Origin: a virus | Lineage: Duplodnaviria > Caudoviricetes | Virus record (IMG/VR): IMGVR_UViG_3300025853_000005 | Location: 1 to 48,785 of that record | Strand: one strand, 5' to 3' | DNA length: 48,785 nt | Shown here: positions 44,598 through 48,785 of the stretch, piece by piece | Layout: every line of letters starts with the position of its first letter | Numbering within the stretch: the first letter of the stretch is position 1 | Program-made: the position numbers and the translations under genes | Notes under the pieces: model-generated | What the model was told of the DNA's origin: nothing | Database searches by the model: none | What the model saw: only the letters and a program-made list of their open reading frames with translations

Positions 44598-46469
44598 TTA
44601 GTACCCCGTCAGCCGATTTAACGGCTTTCCTGTAAATAACTTCTCTTGCTCCCCCATCTCCAACTCATCATAGAACGAATTGTCGGACTGTCGTGGGTTT
44701 CCACGGAACTTGGGGTTCGCCTGAATCATTAATTTCATGCAATCGCAGAGGTCGTCGTCATTCTTCGTCGGACTCTCCTTTCGCAATCGCTCTGAACTCT
44801 TGGTTTTCCGCTCAACCCACACCCACCGCTTGATAGTTTTGATGAAATCGGTGCAAGTATCGAACACATACACGCGAGGTGCGCCCGGCTCACCCGTCAC
44901 AAAGTGCTTTTTCTGCGGATCAAGTGCAAACCACTCCTTGAGAATCGGCACATAATGGTCTGAATCGTGTCCGCTCCCTTTCTTCAACTTCAATCCCGCC
45001 ATGCCATACAGCTTTGAGAGCATAATCCCGTCGCCCGCACTGTTTGTGCTGAACGCCCGCGCATCAAATACCGTCCATTGGTACGCCTCACCGCTCTGAA
45101 CCTCCTCATACTTGCTATAAATCTGCTCATTCTTTGGATTGGCATAGTTCCCGATGAGTCTGCGCCCGTTCCCTGAAAGCTCAATTACGTCTTGGCATAT
45201 CTGAGTTGGCACACGACCCGTCCGAAGGTAGTCGCGGTACAGAAATAGGTCGCCTGCCGGACTCATAGCCCCCCAAAGACACGCGGCAGGGTGCTTATCT
45301 CCGTGGTCAAGTGCGCGAAACCGCGACCAGTGCGACGGAATCTCGAACGGTTCAATCACATGCTTGGTGGAATCCCACTCGTCAAGGACTAATCCGCTCG
45401 ATTCGTGCCACATTCCATAGAAACGGGACATCCCTTCGCGCTCAACCTTGGTGTCTTGGAGCGTCTTCGGTTCAACAACCCACTTTTGATAGGCTTTGAT
45501 CTTCGATTCTTCAGGGTAAATCCAATCCGGTACGTCCCATACGCGCCCGTGGTACGTCTTAACCTTGCGACCCTTGCTCACTGTGCCGTCTGTCAGCTTA
45601 TTAATCCACGAACCTGCACCTGTATCCGGTCTGCCCTCAATCTTATGCGGGGTCATACCGAAGTCATGGCGACCACCGCTCTGAGTTGTACGCGAGCGTT
45701 CGTCAGCACCATCGAAGCGAGCTTCCTCTCCTTGCTCATCCCATCCCCAATCCTCAACCACGTTCGACTCGAACCGCGCTTGGCCCTGAGAGATAGCATA
45801 GAATCCGATTTTGGAGCCACACGCGAGCGGAAGGTTGGGGTCAACGCGCAACGTCACCTGTTTAGCGCCCTTCCCCTTGTAGTCTTTCGCATAAACACCC
45901 AACTCGCTCTTCGGCAACCAGTCCAATAGCATCGGAAGGATGGTTGATTGATGCGACCCAAGCTCATATGAGGCGAATCCACACGGCTTTGCACCAGTCC
46001 AAGGGCGGTGCTTCACGCCATACTTGCTGAAAATCTCCCACGACGGGTCGCAAGGGATGCAGTTGACTAGCTTTTTAACGAGCATCGTCTGCGTTTTGCC
46101 AAATCGGTTAGGCGCTGTGAAGATGCAGATGTCATTCTCCTCGTCATTGAGAAAATCGAGAGCGGCTTTACCGGACGGTGCAAAGAAGCGAAGAGGATTC
46201 TTGGTCTTCTCAACTTCAAGGTTCTTCATCAGCTCGGCAGTCTGCGGATGGCTCGCCAAATACGAGATTGGATAGCTGAAAATCATGCGACCCAACACCA
46301 ATCGGTAGCGCGCACCATCATTAATCTTGGCGCGGAGGTCTAAATCGCTAAGATATTGCGCGTAATCCATCTCCTGCTTGCCCGCCTCTGTGATAAAGGT
46401 GAACAGAATACCGTCGAGATTGCTTAGATCGCGCTCTTCCTCAATGCTAGGTATTATCAGTTTCGACAT
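44598..46469 (-). CDS. terL: terminase large subunit
   Basis: APNRFGKT Walker A, WGWDE Walker B, MTP, RALDHG...PAACLW and DDLCDC RuvC-like motifs. Confidence 0.92.
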   Translation of the reverse strand: MSKLIIPSIEEERDLSNLDGILFTFITEAGKQEMDYAQYLSDLDLRAKINDGARYRLVLGRMIFSYPISYLASHPQTAELMKNLEVEKTKNPLRFFAPSGKAALDFLNDEENDICIFTAPNRFGKTQTMLVKKLVNCIPCDPSWEIFSKYGVKHRPWTGAKPCGFASYELGSHQSTILPMLLDWLPKSELGVYAKDYKGKGAKQVTLRVDPNLPLACGSKIGFYAISQGQARFESNVVEDWGWDEQGEEARFDGADERSRTTQSGGRHDFGMTPHKIEGRPDTGAGSWINKLTDGTVSKGRKVKTYHGRVWDVPDWIYPEESKIKAYQKWVVEPKTLQDTKVEREGMSRFYGMWHESSGLVLDEWDSTKHVIEPFEIPSHWSRFRALDHGDKHPAACLWGAMSPAGDLFLYRDYLRTGRVPTQICQDVIELSGNGRRLIGNYANPKNEQIYSKYEEVQSGEAYQWTVFDARAFSTNSAGDGIMLSKLYGMAGLKLKKGSGHDSDHYVPILKEWFALDPQKKHFVTGEPGAPRVYVFDTCTDFIKTIKRWVWVERKTKSSERLRKESPTKNDDDLCDCMKLMIQANPKFRGNPRQSDNSFYDELEMGEQEKLFTGKPLNRLTGY

Positions 46470-46740
46470 CGTTCTTGTTTTTCCTCTTGTGTTTCATTAC
46501 TGGCGCGTTTTTCTTCTCGCGCTTGAAGATGTTATCCCAATTCTCCGACCATTCCTCGTCGGATACTTGCATTACCTTCTGCCTCTCCTCTATTCCGCTA
46601 CGATTCTTCACCCATCTCCCCCTCAATCTGCGCTAGTTCGTGCATGCACTCATCACAAATCTGCTCTTCATTCACTATCGTTACCGAATTATCGCACGTA
46701 CTTACGTGGCAACAAATCCAACACACTAAATTATGCTCGC

Positions 46741-47070
46741 TCATATCTCCTCCTCACCGCAATACTTCATAATATTCTCCCCAACATACTCTATTAAATA
46801 CGCCCTGAGTTCAGTGTTACCCCACAGCGTTCCCTGCTCCAAACAGAGGTGCGTCCCAAGCAACCAATCAACGTAATGCACAGCCTCATGGAAGCAAACC
46901 CCTGTATCGCCATTACTATAAACATAATTATCGGACGTATATCCACGATGCTCACACAACTCAACATCCGTATCCTTTTCATATGCCTGCTTCTCGTTAC
47001 TGTTGTATATAAACAACGAGGCATTTAAGCAATCAATGGTTAGCGTTCTCATTTCGTCTCCATCATCCAA
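46741..47070 (-). CDS. hypothetical protein with HExxH motif
   Basis: CFHEAVH...ELRAYL. Confidence 0.7.
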   Translation of the reverse strand: MDDGDEMRTLTIDCLNASLFIYNSNEKQAYEKDTDVELCEHRGYTSDNYVYSNGDTGVCFHEAVHYVDWLLGTHLCLEQGTLWGNTELRAYLIEYVGENIMKYCGEEEI

Positions 47071-47209
47071 CCAAACTCAAGTCCGCAGAACGGACAAAAC
47101 GCGGGATGCCCAATGTCTGGCAACCCATCGTAGTACGGAACCCAAAAGACACCCTTGCAATCGGAGCATTCGCACTCCTCAATGTCTTCACTCAACTCAT
47201 TATACGCAT

Positions 47210-47419
47210 TCACGCCATCTCCTCTTCATACTGTTTGCGCAGATTCGTCCGCTCTAAAACCATGTCTTTCGGTCGCTTGCCCCGGAACTGTCGCAGAATC
47301 GGGCAACTCTCCTCGGTGCATTCAAAGTATCTCGCGTATAAACAGTGGCTCTTATCGCGCTCTGGGTCGCCTCGCTCTTCACACTCAGCTAATATCTCAT
47401 CATATAGTACGTCTGTCAT
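47210..47419 (-). CDS. hypothetical Cys-containing protein
   Basis: AAGGAG RBS. Confidence 0.6.
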   Translation of the reverse strand: MTDVLYDEILAECEERGDPERDKSHCLYARYFECTEESCPILRQFRGKRPKDMVLERTNLRKQYEEEMA

Positions 47420-47551
47420 CGTGTCTCCTTCTCCTTCTCATCTGCCGTTTGATTCTCGACGAAACTCCCGCCCTTGTTAGGTAACAGTACCACTTGCGAT
47501 TGAGGATTGCGTCAAACTCGTCGCCCGATTTGAACTTCTGACGGGTTCCCA

Positions 47552-48064
47552 TCATGCCTCGCCACCCTTATTTCGCAAATAATACATCGCCTGCTCTTGA
47601 ATCCAACCCGCCGCATCCTCTTTGTTCCGCAAAAAATAGTAATGACAATTGAAATCGGCTCTGAATGCCTTCAATGAACCCTTCACTGACGGTATCCGCA
47701 CCTCGGGTCGCATCGGTTTTCTCGCTTTGATGCCCCGTTTCGTCTTCGCAAGCCACTGCTTCCACTGAGTCGCGTACAATTTCTTGCACACATCGTCAAT
47801 ATCGCTCTCACTCCCACTAATCACGATGCAATAAAACTCGAAACTGTCCTTCATCCGCTGAAGCTCGCGCCTAAATCGCTCCCGATTCTTAAAATCGCAC
47901 GTTCCAATCAAGTCTTTGACCGTCTTGTGTTCGACGCAGAACAAATCCTCGTACCCCAATACAGAGTAATCGCCAGTTTTCAACCCGTGAACTTCGCTAT
48001 TCGCAAACACCAAAGGCTTCTTCTCTCGCGTATCGACTATAATTGTGGGTAATTCACCTTTCAT
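47552..48064 (-). CDS. ERCC4 (XPF/Mus81)-type nuclease
   Basis: IIVDTREK...GDYS...VEHKT motif; exact start uncertain. Confidence 0.88.
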   Translation of the reverse strand: MKGELPTIIVDTREKKPLVFANSEVHGLKTGDYSVLGYEDLFCVEHKTVKDLIGTCDFKNRERFRRELQRMKDSFEFYCIVISGSESDIDDVCKKLYATQWKQWLAKTKRGIKARKPMRPEVRIPSVKGSLKAFRADFNCHYYFLRNKEDAAGWIQEQAMYYLRNKGGEA

Positions 48065-48319
48065 ACGGCCCCACAGGCGTGAGTTATCATTATAAAAAGA
48101 AACATCATAAGTGCCCACCAAGCTAAAACTACTTCTCGCAAGTCTTCTCTCATAACTGTTTTTTCGCCTCCGTAACTGTTTTTTAAGTGGGTTACGCCCA
48201 CAACTCGGAAGATATAGCGCGGTGCCTTCTACACCCCGACGATTGACTGTAACCCTACCGGAGAATTACAAACGCCGCTAACTGGTACGCATAATCTCTC
48301 AGGATCAGAGGCGTTTAGA

Positions 48320-48652
48320 CTAGAATGGTTCTTCATCCTCTTCTTTTGGTGCAGGTGCGCTCGGTGAACCACCACCAATCTTCTTGATATACCAAGCCGT
48401 GTGCATATCCCCAAACCATTTGCCGTTATACTCCCGCGCTCTCGCCAAATTGAACTTCACTTCGACCTCATCTCCCGCCGAAATGCCGTCGAGCTTCGTA
48501 ACATTGTCTTTCAGCAGGTCAAACCCCAGATCATTCGTGTACTGACTGCCCTCCTCCTGACACTCCACAACCAACAATCGCTTTTGAAAGCCACTGCCGA
48601 ACACCTGAGTCTCACCTACAAACTTCACCTTGCCTTTGATTTCCATACTCAT
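48320..48652 (-). CDS. DUF3127 OB-fold protein (putative SSB)
   Basis: MEIKGKV...GFQKR...GDEVEVKFNL..REYNGKWF; acidic tail ending EEPF. Confidence 0.85.
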   Translation of the reverse strand: MSMEIKGKVKFVGETQVFGSGFQKRLLVVECQEEGSQYTNDLGFDLLKDNVTKLDGISAGDEVEVKFNLARAREYNGKWFGDMHTAWYIKKIGGGSPSAPAPKEEDEEPF

Positions 48653-48658
48653 TTACTT

Positions 48659-48785
48659 CTCCTGTTGTTATTGTCCCACCATTTTACACAATTCCGCCAG
48701 TCTGTCAACACTAAGTTACGAAAAGTGAAACTAACTCGCAATATATGACAGCTCACGGTACTATTAGTACGCTAGTTCGCAATAC
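48659..48785. repeat. 127-bp terminal direct repeat (copy 2)
   Basis: Identical to 1-127. Confidence 0.95.

Overview
The window is a complete, circularly assembled genome of a tailed dsDNA phage, probably podovirus-like. Positions 1-127 are identical to 48659-48785, so the unique length is about 48.66 kb. The + arm (about 2.4-18.2 kb) carries small early genes, a YqaJ exonuclease with a putative annealase, an O-like initiator with iterons, an AEP primase, an SF4 helicase, a metallophosphoesterase and HNH genes. The - arm runs from about 2.3 kb across the junction down to 18.4 kb. It encodes a TerS candidate, a DUF3127 SSB, an ERCC4 nuclease, TerL, a tandem GroES, portal, scaffold, capsid, decoration and tail proteins, large ejection-type proteins and receptor-binding or depolymerase proteins. 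I found no integrase, repressor module, DNA polymerase, tRNA or canonical endolysin. The main discovery is at 15734-16670: four integron attC-type recombination sites separating three single-gene cassettes, with no integrase in the genome. The cassette ends are mutually complementary, as expected after IntI recombination. The attC sites are inverted relative to the genes, so the extrahelical bases lie on the coding strand and each crossover falls right after a TAA stop codon. Secondary findings include a TACA-N4-TGTA palindrome over four late sigma70 promoters, RBS/start direct repeats flanking accessory genes, a cluster of signal-peptide-bearing tail-region proteins with an apparently split domain, an AT-rich ART-like insert in the 1692-aa protein, a trypsin-like protease in a structural gene, and four paralogous HNH-AP2 endonucleases. 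All family assignments come from motif recognition by eye; no database search was run.
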